Of a DNA stretch of 64,000 bases, positions 15,748-24,322 are shown one piece after another. Source of the stretch: Rikenellaceae bacterium (GTDB lineage Bacteria; Bacteroidota; Bacteroidia; Bacteroidales; Rikenellaceae); contig JAJBVT010000053.1 in the NCBI GenBank assembly GCA_020859685.1, forward strand, positions 11,809 to 75,808, given 5' to 3'. Position 1 is the stretch's first letter, and every line of letters begins with the position of its first letter. A program made the position numbers and the translations under genes. The notes under the pieces were generated by a model. It saw only the letters and a program-made list of their open reading frames with translations, searched no databases and was not told the origin of the DNA.

Positions 15748-15764
15748 GTCACTCCCGAAGTGAC
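15748..15764. repeat. Inverted repeat, recombinase-proximal (switch A)
   Basis: GTCACTCCCGAAGTGAC, separated from the integrase stop by 29 nt. Confidence 0.85.
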
Positions 15765-15793
15765 GCAATCCAGAATCTTTCTTCATTCCGTAA

Positions 15794-17026
15794 TTATGCG
15801 GCCTCGATAAATCTCGAGAGCCGGTTGCTCAGTTCGTCTATTTCGGAGCGTTCGAACGAGGCGAGGTAAATGGAGGTAACTTTCGGGTCGCGGTGCCCGA
15901 GCCCTTCGCCAATCAACATGATACCGTACCCCATTCTTTTAGCTAAAGTCGCCCATGTGTGGCGGGCAACATGCGTGGAAAGGCTGCTTGTTATTCCCGC
16001 CAGCAGGGATATCTCCTTCAACAACCTGTTCTGCCGGTTCAAAGCGGCTTCGTACCCGGATGGATGAGAAACGCCCTCCGCCATTATCGGGAAGACATAC
16101 GGAGACCGGTTTGTCTCTTTTTTGAAATAGCCGATAATCCTCTTCATGGGTTTGGTAATCCTGACCTGCAGAAAAAAACCGGTCTTACGCCTTTTATATC
16201 GGATGGTATCGCCTTTTATATCGGATTTTTTCAGGTGGGCCAGGTCTATGAACGACATACCGCGGGAGTGGTATGCAAACAGGAAATACATCAGTGCGTG
16301 CCGGAGATTCCTTTTTCCCGCGGGAATCTTTTTCCCGAGCGCGACCAGCGAGTTCATTTCCTTTTGGTCGAGCGCCCGTCTTCGGGTCTCGTACACACCG
16401 GTATAAACATCCTCGAAGGGGTTGGATTCACATTTGCGAATCAGGTTCGCCTTAACGGCGCGGTAATATATCGCCCGGATATTTCGCATATAAAAAGAGA
16501 TTGTATTCATCTGGAGGCCATTGTCCAGAAGGTGCCTCTCGAATGCCCTAATCAGTTTGGGGGTTATATCCGACACTTTTAAGTCCTCCGACCCGGCGAA
16601 CGCGGCCAGCTTCTTCGCGGCGCAGCGGTAGGCCCTTGCCGTCCTGTGGCGCTCCTGTTCCTCCAGCTCGCGGCTGAGAAGTGATGAGAACGATAATAAA
16701 TTGTAGGGCGAGAGCGAACCGTTGAATTCATCGACGATATCTCCGAGACCGTACTCCCCCGCAGCGGAAAGTTTCCGCAGGATAGAGGAGAGGCGTTCGA
16801 GGTCGGCGTTCATCATTTCCTCCAATTGCAGAAGGTGCCGGGTCCGCCCGTTTTCCGCATCGCACGGAATAACCAACCTGCGGCGGACAGGGTCCCACTC
16901 TTCGGGGTAGACCGGGTAGCCCCTCCTTAAATCCCGGTATTTACGCCTGAGGATTAACCGGATAAACAGGGTACCCGGTTTGTCCGGCCCATCCGGACTA
17001 CGGAAATGAAATCTGAAACTTGTCAT
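15794..17026 (-). CDS. Tyrosine site-specific recombinase (phage-integrase family), candidate invertase of switch A
   Basis: Catalytic blocks HVARHTWATLAKRMGY and GLGHRDPKVTSIYLA (H-x-x-R, H, Y). Start chosen at MTSFRFHF by alignment with the paralog 62483-63721 (MTSIRFHY). Confidence 0.85.
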   Translation of the reverse strand: MTSFRFHFRSPDGPDKPGTLFIRLILRRKYRDLRRGYPVYPEEWDPVRRRLVIPCDAENGRTRHLLQLEEMMNADLERLSSILRKLSAAGEYGLGDIVDEFNGSLSPYNLLSFSSLLSRELEEQERHRTARAYRCAAKKLAAFAGSEDLKVSDITPKLIRAFERHLLDNGLQMNTISFYMRNIRAIYYRAVKANLIRKCESNPFEDVYTGVYETRRRALDQKEMNSLVALGKKIPAGKRNLRHALMYFLFAYHSRGMSFIDLAHLKKSDIKGDTIRYKRRKTGFFLQVRITKPMKRIIGYFKKETNRSPYVFPIMAEGVSHPSGYEAALNRQNRLLKEISLLAGITSSLSTHVARHTWATLAKRMGYGIMLIGEGLGHRDPKVTSIYLASFERSEIDELSNRLSRFIEAA

Positions 17027-17299
17027 AATGGTAATATTTATAATAAGTGGATGTATAGTCATGCAAATTTACATTATTACAAATAATACGACCTTTTGGA
17101 CTATTTTTTAATCCGTTTTTATAGTAAAGAGCAGCCAACCGGAATTATTACCATGCGGGTTTTGCCAAAATTAAACCTCTTCCGGATATCGAGGCGGGCG
17201 CCAGCCCTAATACTTTGTGCGCCCTCTTAGCTTCCGTGTATGTTTTATCCGGTCGATAGTCGGGAAATGTTTTATCGGACTTAAAATATTTTGCATATT

Positions 17300-17313
17300 G
17301 TTTGCATACAAAC
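17300..17313. promoter_or_regulatory. Palindrome GTTTG-CATA-CAAAC upstream of marR-like gene (candidate MarR operator)
   Basis: Ends 6 nt before the ATG at 17320. Also part of the direct repeat TTTGCATAT/TTTGCATAC. Confidence 0.3.
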
Positions 17314-17319
17314 TAAATA

Positions 17320-17760
17320 ATGGCGGCAATGAAGATAATAACACCTGACGACCAGCTGGGATATCTGCTGGTGCAAACGTCGCTTCTCAAGCAGCGTATC
17401 AACAACGCCATGCTCCGGTCGATGGGATTGACCTACATGCAGTTCGTTATCCTCGCGGGTATTTACGAACTCGGCACCCAATACTCCACCGTTACCCAGC
17501 AGATGCTCGTGGCTAAGCGGAGGCTGGACAAGGCAATGGTGTCCAGTATTCTAGGGAAACTCACCGAGAGAGGGCTCGTCCACAGGGAACCCAATCCTGC
17601 CGACAACAGGTCATGGCTGCTCAATCTTACGCCAAACGGGGAGGAACTTGCCGTGAAGGCCCGTGAAAAGGCCCATGCACTGAACGATAAATTTTTCGAA
17701 CCTGTGAACCAGAGCACCCTCCGGGAAATGCTGAAACGGTTACTTGCGGTAAAATTATAG
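17320..17760 (+). CDS. MarR-family transcriptional regulator
   Basis: 146 aa. Winged-helix region LTYMQFVILAGIYELG...TQQMLVAKRRLDKAMVSSILGKLTERGLVHRE..D.R. Confidence 0.8.
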   Translation: MAAMKIITPDDQLGYLLVQTSLLKQRINNAMLRSMGLTYMQFVILAGIYELGTQYSTVTQQMLVAKRRLDKAMVSSILGKLTERGLVHREPNPADNRSWLLNLTPNGEELAVKAREKAHALNDKFFEPVNQSTLREMLKRLLAVKL

Positions 17761-17763
17761 ACA

Positions 17764-18954
17764 ATGGAAAGATCGGCTAAACCACGTTTGTGGACAAAAG
17801 ATTTCATACTGGTTTTCATATCGAACCTTATGCTGTTCGGCTCGTTCTACATGCTCCTGCCCGTACTGCCGTTTTACCTGACAGAAGATTTGAAAACCAC
17901 GCAGTCCGTTGCCGGAATAGTCATCGCCCTCTATACCATTTCCGCATTGGCTATCCGGCCGTTCTCGGGATTCATGGTCGATAGATTCGCCCGGAAGCCC
18001 CTCTACATTCTGTGTTACGCCATTTTCGCCGCGGTGTTCGCCGGGTACGCCGTTGCCCTCACGCTGACGGTCTTCGTCGTCCTGCGCATCGTCCACGGGC
18101 TTGCTTTCGGTATGAGCAGTGTGAGCGGCAATACCATCGCGGTGGACATAATGCCGCGTTCGCGGCAGGGCGAGGGTATAGGCTTTTTCGGAATGGCGAC
18201 CAGCGTGGCAATGGCCCTCGGCCCGTTCGCGGGGCTGGGACTGTACGGTAAGTTCTCGTTTAAAGTCATCTTCCTCTGCGCCTTCGCCGCGGCGCTATTC
18301 GGACTGCTGACCATTATACTTATCAAACCGGTAAAAAAGCCCGAAGCCGCCTCCACGGAGATGAAGAAAAAGACCATTGACGACTTCATACTTACCAACG
18401 CTCTGCTATGCGCTATACCGTTCCTGTTTCTCGGCTTCGCCTACGGTGCGCTTTCGAACTATATCGGTGTATACAGCGAGCAGACTGCCGCGGTAACGAG
18501 CGTGGGCGGTACCTTCTTCCTGATATTCGCCGCCGGAATCCTTGCCGCCCGATTCGTTTCCGGAAAAGCACTGAACCGGGGCCATGTGGTCCCCGTAATT
18601 TATATCGGGAGTTCGATACTGCTGGTAACGTTTTTTCTGTTCGCCCTCCCGATGAACAAACTGCTTTTCCTTGCCATAGCCCTTTTCGCCGGAACGGGCT
18701 ACGGTTTTATAATGCCCGCATTTCAGGAAATGTTCATCAACCTCGCCACCGACGACCACCGGGGAGTCGCCAACGCCACCTATTTTACCTTCTGGGACCT
18801 GGGTATCGGCATCGGGATTGCCATTGCCGGTTACCTTATTCAGAAGTTGGGTTTCCTGTGGTTGTTCCTCCTGTGTGCGGGGCTTATCGGGCTGGGTATA
18901 GTCGTCTTCAGATTATATTCGTCGAGCTATTACAAAAGACATAAATTAAAATAA
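17764..18954 (+). CDS. MFS transporter
   Basis: 396 aa with about 12 predicted TM helices. MFS loop motif GFMVDRFARKP. Confidence 0.8.
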   Translation: MERSAKPRLWTKDFILVFISNLMLFGSFYMLLPVLPFYLTEDLKTTQSVAGIVIALYTISALAIRPFSGFMVDRFARKPLYILCYAIFAAVFAGYAVALTLTVFVVLRIVHGLAFGMSSVSGNTIAVDIMPRSRQGEGIGFFGMATSVAMALGPFAGLGLYGKFSFKVIFLCAFAAALFGLLTIILIKPVKKPEAASTEMKKKTIDDFILTNALLCAIPFLFLGFAYGALSNYIGVYSEQTAAVTSVGGTFFLIFAAGILAARFVSGKALNRGHVVPVIYIGSSILLVTFFLFALPMNKLLFLAIALFAGTGYGFIMPAFQEMFINLATDDHRGVANATYFTFWDLGIGIGIAIAGYLIQKLGFLWLFLLCAGLIGLGIVVFRLYSSSYYKRHKLK

Positions 18955-18960
18955 AACGTT

Positions 18961-20454
18961 ATGGAAAACAACAACCGGAAAGTGCAGATCGACGACCTTC
19001 GCAGTGCGATAGAACTGCTGAAAACTATTCCGCACCAGTACCACGAAACCGACACAGAGGTGGACCCGAAAGACGAGCTGGCCGGAGTATACAAGAAGAT
19101 CGGCGCGGGAGGAACGGTAGCGCGGCCCACACGGATAGGCCCCGCCATGATGTTCAACAAAGTAAAAGGCTATCCCGGTTCCCGGGTGCTGGTGGGTATG
19201 ATAGCCAGCCGTGAACGGGTAGCGGCAATGCTCGGCGCTCCGGCACGCGAGCTCGGTAAACACATGGGTGAGGCGCGCAAAAACACGGTAGACCCCGTTT
19301 TCGTCGATAGTTCGAAAGCCCTTTGTCAGGAGGTGGTTCACAGAGCAACGGATGAGGGCTTCGACCTGCGCAAACTGCTTCCGGCTCCGACCAACACACC
19401 TCAGGATGCGGGTCCCTATTTCTGCATGGGCCTCGTACTGGGTTCCGACCCGGACACGGGCCACACCGACGTCACCATCCACCGTCTGTGCGTACAGGGG
19501 AAGGACGAAATTTCCATCTTTTTCGCCCTCGGCCGCCATATCGACGCGTTCCGCCAAAAGGCTGAGAAGGCTGGTAAGCCGTTTCCCGTCACGATAAACA
19601 TGGGACTCGACCCGGCAATCCATATAAGCGCCTGCTTCGAGGCGCCGACCACCCCGCTCGGGTTCGACGAGCTGAAAATCGCAGGCGGTCTGCGCGGCAA
19701 GGGAGTGGAACTGGTGGATGCCGTTACGGTAAAACAGAAGTCCATAGCCAAAGCCGAAATCGTTATCGAGGGGGAAATATTGCCGAATATCCGTGTCGCC
19801 GAAGACCAGAATACCAAGACCGGTTATGCGATGCCCGAATTTCCCGGATACGAGGGCACGGCCAATCCTTCGCTGCCGGTTATCAAGGTCAAGGCCGTCA
19901 CCATGCGCAGGGATGCCATTCTGCAAACCCTCGTGGGTCCGGGCGAGGAGCATGTAAACCTTGCCGGAATCCCTACGGAAGCCAGTATATGGAACGTCGT
20001 GGAGGACTCGATGCCCGGATTTCTGCAAAACGTCTACTCCCATCCGTCGGGCGGCGGTAAATTCCTGTCGATACTTCAGGTCAAAAAACGCTCGGAGAGC
20101 GACCAGGGCCGTGAACGGCAGGCGGCGTTGATGGCATTCGGGATATATTCCGAGCTGAAGCAGGTAATTCTGGTGGACGAGGACGTCGATATTTTCGATA
20201 CCGACGACGTATTATGGGCGATGACCACCCGTTATCAGGGCGATATCAGCACGGTCTTTATCCCGGGAGTCCGGTGTCATCAGCTCGACCCCTCCCAAGA
20301 CCCCTCGTTCGACCCGCTGATACTCGCTCACGGCATCACGACCAAAACCATTTTCGACTGTACCGTACCCTATAAGCTGAAGGATAAGTTTATCCGGGCG
20401 CAGTTCAAGGACGTGGATGTAACCCCGTATCTGCCGGACTGGATGAAGAAATAG
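18961..20454 (+). CDS. UbiD-family (prenyl-FMN-dependent) reversible decarboxylase
   Basis: 497 aa with UbiD-like sequence throughout, immediately followed by ubiX. Confidence 0.8.
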   Translation: MENNNRKVQIDDLRSAIELLKTIPHQYHETDTEVDPKDELAGVYKKIGAGGTVARPTRIGPAMMFNKVKGYPGSRVLVGMIASRERVAAMLGAPARELGKHMGEARKNTVDPVFVDSSKALCQEVVHRATDEGFDLRKLLPAPTNTPQDAGPYFCMGLVLGSDPDTGHTDVTIHRLCVQGKDEISIFFALGRHIDAFRQKAEKAGKPFPVTINMGLDPAIHISACFEAPTTPLGFDELKIAGGLRGKGVELVDAVTVKQKSIAKAEIVIEGEILPNIRVAEDQNTKTGYAMPEFPGYEGTANPSLPVIKVKAVTMRRDAILQTLVGPGEEHVNLAGIPTEASIWNVVEDSMPGFLQNVYSHPSGGGKFLSILQVKKRSESDQGRERQAALMAFGIYSELKQVILVDEDVDIFDTDDVLWAMTTRYQGDISTVFIPGVRCHQLDPSQDPSFDPLILAHGITTKTIFDCTVPYKLKDKFIRAQFKDVDVTPYLPDWMKK

Positions 20455-20507
20455 CTGCAAACCCGGACGGCAGGCCCGGTCGGCCTGCCGTTCATATTTA
20501 TAGGAGT

Positions 20508-21071
20508 ATGGAAAAAATAATTGTCGGTATAACGGGCGCCACCGGTATAGAGTACGGCATCAAAGCCTTATCGTTGCTGAAGGAGTGCGGTATAGAAACC
20601 CACCTTGTAATCAGCCGGTCGGCGGAGCGGGTGCTCGAGCTGGAACTACATTCGGACAAGGCCGGTATGGAATCCCTTGCCGACCGGGTGTACGACGCCC
20701 GGGATATAGGTGCGGCCGTGGCCAGCGGTTCGTTCAAAACACTCGGAATGCTTATAGCGCCATGCACGGTTAAGTCCCTGTCCGAAATAGCCACAGGTGT
20801 AACGTCTACCCTCCTTACCCGGGCCGCCGACGTCACGTTGAAAGAGCGGCGCAGGCTGGTACTGCTGTTCCGCGAAACACCTCTTCACCTGGGCCATATC
20901 CGCAGCATGGCGGCCGTTACGGAAATGGGCGGTATCGTTATGCCCCCCGTGCCCTCGTTCTATACCCGCCCGCAATCGGTCGACGTTATAGTGACCCATA
21001 CGGTCGGTCGGGCCCTCGATCTATTCGGACTGGACTGCGGTATGCCCCGGTGGGGAGATATATCCGAATAA
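20508..21071 (+). CDS. ubiX: Flavin prenyltransferase UbiX
   Basis: 187 aa. N-terminal IIVGITGATGIEYGIKALSLL and overall flavoprotein fold typical of UbiX/Pad1. Confidence 0.85.
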   Translation: MEKIIVGITGATGIEYGIKALSLLKECGIETHLVISRSAERVLELELHSDKAGMESLADRVYDARDIGAAVASGSFKTLGMLIAPCTVKSLSEIATGVTSTLLTRAADVTLKERRRLVLLFRETPLHLGHIRSMAAVTEMGGIVMPPVPSFYTRPQSVDVIVTHTVGRALDLFGLDCGMPRWGDISE

Positions 21072-21212
21072 ATTTTATACTGTATCTTATAAACACCTCC
21101 CGCCACCTGCGATGAATTTCAGCGCTCCGGTATTTGGCACAACCATATAACCGGAATATTTCTATATTTGTGCACAGACCCGTCGCAAACTGTAACCTTA
21201 ACTTACTTACCA

Positions 21213-23558
21213 ATGAAAATCAGAGGATTATTTTTAGTAACCCTTGCATTGTTGTTTGCAGCGGAACTGAGCGGTCAGCCTCACGGCTTCGGGAACGGCC
21301 GGACGGCCAAATGGATTGCACCGGCCGGCTGCCAAAACGAACCCAACACCTGGATTACATACAAGAAAACCGTGGAAACGGACAGGCTTCCCGAGGGCGA
21401 TATTTATGCCGATATTGCCGTGGACAGCAAATACTGGCTATGGATCAACGGGCGACAGGTGGTTTTCGAAGGCGGCCTGAAACGCAGCCCGAACCCGGCG
21501 GATACATACTTCGACCGAGTCGACCTCACCCCCCACCTCGTACCGGGCAGAAACGATATAGCCGTACTTGTCTGGTACTTCGGCAAGGAGGGGTATTCCC
21601 ACAAAACCAGCGGTCACGCGGGGCTGCTGTTCGACTGCCCCGGTGCCGGAATCGTTAGCGACGGCAGTTGGCGCTGCACCGTCCTTCCCGAGTACGGAAC
21701 CGCGGGAGACCCGCAGCCCAATTATCGCCTACCGGAATCTAGTATCCTCTACGATGCCCGTATCGCCACCGAGGGGTGGTGGCAGCCGCAGTTCGATATC
21801 GCGGGTATGCCGTATGCCGTGGAGGTCGGCAGTGCGGAGGACGGACCATGGGGCAAGCTCGTAGAGCGGCCGATACCGCAATGGAAGGACTACGGGCTTA
21901 AAGATTACCCCGCCCGGCAGACCGTAAGCGGGTCCGTATACGATACCGTGATATGCACACTTCCATACAACGCCCAGATAACGCCCTGGTTCGATATCGA
22001 GGCGGACAAGGGCGACCATATCCTAATAATGACCGATAATTATCTCCGCTACAACGGCGGGGAAACCAACCTTCGCGGCGAGTATATCGCCCGGCAGGGA
22101 CGGCAGGAGTACGAGAACCCGGGCTGGCTGAACGGACACAAAGTCTACTACCTGTTCCCGAAGGGGGTGAAAGTCCACGGTCTGGGATACCGGGAGACGG
22201 GTTATGATACGGAGTTCGAGGGGATGTTCCGGTGCTCGGACCCGTTTTTCAACGCCCTGTGGGAGAAATCGGTGAGGACCCTCTACATTACCATGCGCGA
22301 TAGCTATATGGACTGCCCCGACCGCGAACGGGCGCAGTGGACCGGGGATGCCGTAAACGAGTCCGGCGAGGCGTTCTACGTACTGTCGCAATCGAGTTAT
22401 GACCTGAGCCGGAAATGGCTTTACGAGACCATCGGCGGATGGCAGCGCGAGGACGGCAGTATCTACTCGCCGACCCCTTCCGGAAACTATTTTTCCGAGC
22501 TGCCCGCACAGTCGCTCGCCACGGTCGGTTATTACGGGTTATGGACCTATTACCTTTATACCGGCGACATCCGGCCGGTGGCGGACCTTTTCGACAATGT
22601 AAAGCGATACCTCGACCTCTGGGAGATTGACGACCGGGGCCTCGTAAAATACCGTGAAGCCGGTTGGAACTGGGGCGACTGGGGCGACAACCGGGATATG
22701 CTCCTGATATACAACCTCTGGTACTATCTTGCGGTGAAGGGAATGTATTACGGCGCCGTCGAATTGGGCAGGACGGAGGATGCCGACAATTACCTGTCGT
22801 ATATGACCCGGTTCGTCGAGGCGTTCAAGGCCTGTTTCTGGACCGGCAACGAGTACCGCGACCCGGATTATACCGGAGAGACGGACGACCGCGTACATGC
22901 GCTGGCCGTGGTATCCGGTGTGGCCGGAGAAGATAAATACCCGGCAATCCTCGGGGTTTTCCAACGTCAGGAGCATGCCAGCCCCTACATGGAGAAATAC
23001 GTATTCGAGGCTATGATGCGAATGGGTTACGCATCCGAAGCGATGGACCGTCATAAAAAACGGTTCGGAAAAATGGTGGACTTCCCGCTCACCACACTGT
23101 TCGAGGGGTGGGGAATCGGTCCCGAGGGATTCGGCGGAGGAACGGTAAACCACGCATGGAGCGGAGGCGGACTTACCGTACTCTCGCAGTACGTGTGCGG
23201 TGTGGCGCCCACCGAGCCGGGATGGGAAATGATGCACGTTTTGCCGGTACCTGGATACCTTACGGAGGCTGAAATCTCCGTTCCTACGGTCAAAGGTACG
23301 GTCGAAAGTAAATTTACGACGGACGGCGACGGTTTTAACCTGTCCGTCACCATACCGGAGGTTCGGACCTGCGTGATTGGCGTTCCGGCCGACGGCGCCG
23401 GGAGCGTCTTCCTGAACGGTGAACTTATCTGGACCGGGGGGAAATTCGTCGACAACGGTTCGGGCGCAAACCCCCGGGAAGACATAACCGGCCATATCGC
23501 GGTGGAGGTCGGTCCGGGAAGTTATGAAATGACCCGGACAGGGGGAGTACTGTTTTAG
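21213..23558 (+). CDS. GH78-like (alpha-L-rhamnosidase-related) six-hairpin glycoside hydrolase
   Basis: Start moved to MKIRGLFLVTLALLFAAELSGQ (signal peptide). Motif MDCPDRERAQWTGDA resembles the rhamnosidase catalytic-domain box. Confidence 0.6.
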   Translation: MKIRGLFLVTLALLFAAELSGQPHGFGNGRTAKWIAPAGCQNEPNTWITYKKTVETDRLPEGDIYADIAVDSKYWLWINGRQVVFEGGLKRSPNPADTYFDRVDLTPHLVPGRNDIAVLVWYFGKEGYSHKTSGHAGLLFDCPGAGIVSDGSWRCTVLPEYGTAGDPQPNYRLPESSILYDARIATEGWWQPQFDIAGMPYAVEVGSAEDGPWGKLVERPIPQWKDYGLKDYPARQTVSGSVYDTVICTLPYNAQITPWFDIEADKGDHILIMTDNYLRYNGGETNLRGEYIARQGRQEYENPGWLNGHKVYYLFPKGVKVHGLGYRETGYDTEFEGMFRCSDPFFNALWEKSVRTLYITMRDSYMDCPDRERAQWTGDAVNESGEAFYVLSQSSYDLSRKWLYETIGGWQREDGSIYSPTPSGNYFSELPAQSLATVGYYGLWTYYLYTGDIRPVADLFDNVKRYLDLWEIDDRGLVKYREAGWNWGDWGDNRDMLLIYNLWYYLAVKGMYYGAVELGRTEDADNYLSYMTRFVEAFKACFWTGNEYRDPDYTGETDDRVHALAVVSGVAGEDKYPAILGVFQRQEHASPYMEKYVFEAMMRMGYASEAMDRHKKRFGKMVDFPLTTLFEGWGIGPEGFGGGTVNHAWSGGGLTVLSQYVCGVAPTEPGWEMMHVLPVPGYLTEAEISVPTVKGTVESKFTTDGDGFNLSVTIPEVRTCVIGVPADGAGSVFLNGELIWTGGKFVDNGSGANPREDITGHIAVEVGPGSYEMTRTGGVLF

Positions 23559-23647
23559 ACCCGAAACGGGGCGCCGGGTAGTAACTCTTTCCGGCCCCTG
23601 TATTATATCAGACATAATCGCCCAGTATCATTCATTATGTATTACAT

Positions 23648-23775
23648 ATAAAAAGCACGGGGGACCTCACGGCCGCCCGTACCGATGTTTCAACCAGATT
23701 CTTCGAATTTGCATTCGAAGACTGTTCAAATAAATATGATATAAATCCCCGGCACTACCCCTAGTGCCACATCAC
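23648..23775 (-). ncRNA. Conserved structured 3-prime element, copy 2 of 3 (orphan; no upstream CDS)
   Basis: Stem GGCAC/GTGCC (23751-23768) around ACTACCCCTAG (23754-23764). TCAACCA at 23690-23696. Hairpin at 23657-23680 followed on the minus strand by a U-run. Lies 94 nt downstream of switch B. Confidence 0.45.
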
Positions 23776-23869
23776 GGGGATACGTTTGGGTTTTTCCCTG
23801 TCGTCCCCATAGGTCCGGAGGAGTACCGCATTTGCGTCCTTTTCAGTTACAAGTTATGTTTCGATAACC

Positions 23870-24169
23870 GTCACTTAAGGAGTGACGGATAGGCAAACAG
23901 AAACCTGTCGGTACAAATGTAAAAATAAAATTTATTTATCTAATCATAACCGCAAAAATCTTAATTTCCGATGCTGTAATCCCATTCGGGGCCAATGCAG
24001 TATTCGTATCTTTAATCACCGTTGCCCCGGACAAATCCAAGAACCGGATTTCCCGTGTAGATATTTGCGGAATGTTTGTTACCGGTTACGTCGGAAGAAA
24101 TTTAAAGTAACTGTTAACCAATAAATTATAGCCGTAGTCAGATTCCAGTATTGTCACTCCTTAAGTGAC
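23870..24169. promoter_or_regulatory. Orphan invertible promoter segment (inverton B)
   Basis: GTCACTTAAGGAGTGAC (23870-23886) and its exact reverse complement GTCACTCCTTAAGTGAC (24153-24169) bracket 266 bp. There is no recombinase gene or fimbrial CDS next to it. Confidence 0.65.
23914..23921 (-). promoter_or_regulatory. -7 box TACATTTG inside inverton B
   Basis: Plus-strand CAAATGTA 27 nt from the left repeat. The surrounding sequence gtacaaatgtaaaaataaaattt resembles gagcaaatgtaaaaaataatttc in switch A. Confidence 0.5.
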
Positions 24170-24271
24170 ATACGATATACCTCCCCGAAGATTATAATGT
24201 TACATGCAAGCGACAGAATAGCCGGCAAGGGGTGGCCCGTTACGGCGGAGTAACCTCCCCGCAAAATAACA

Positions 24272-24298
24272 GACCCGTCCTTCCGGGAAGAACGGGTC
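24272..24298 (-). terminator. Intrinsic terminator of galE
   Basis: GACCCGT...ACGGGTC hairpin 25 nt after the galE stop, followed on the minus strand by UGUUAUUUUG. Confidence 0.55.
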
Positions 24299-24322
24299 CG
24301 TATTATCAGATGCCGACGGTAA

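Larger units (their letters stand above)
15419..15764. promoter_or_regulatory. Invertible promoter segment (inverton A) of fimbrial locus 1, present in the ON orientation
   Basis: 17-bp perfect inverted repeats bracket 312 bp. The segment lies between the recombinase stop (15794) and the first operon gene (15381). An internal -7 box points toward the operon. Confidence 0.7.

Noticed and set aside
15794-17026. The integrases as markers of a prophage, ICE or genomic-island boundary.
   Set aside because: There are no phage, conjugation or excisionase genes and no flanking direct repeats or tRNA. Each integrase sits 7-29 nt from an inverted-repeat switch, which fits a local invertase role better.
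17758-17766. MarR and the MFS gene are in the same frame across the marR TAG, which could indicate a read-through fusion.
   Set aside because: The frames match by chance one time in three. A regulator-transporter fusion makes no structural sense. The MFS gene has its own ATG 3 nt after the stop.
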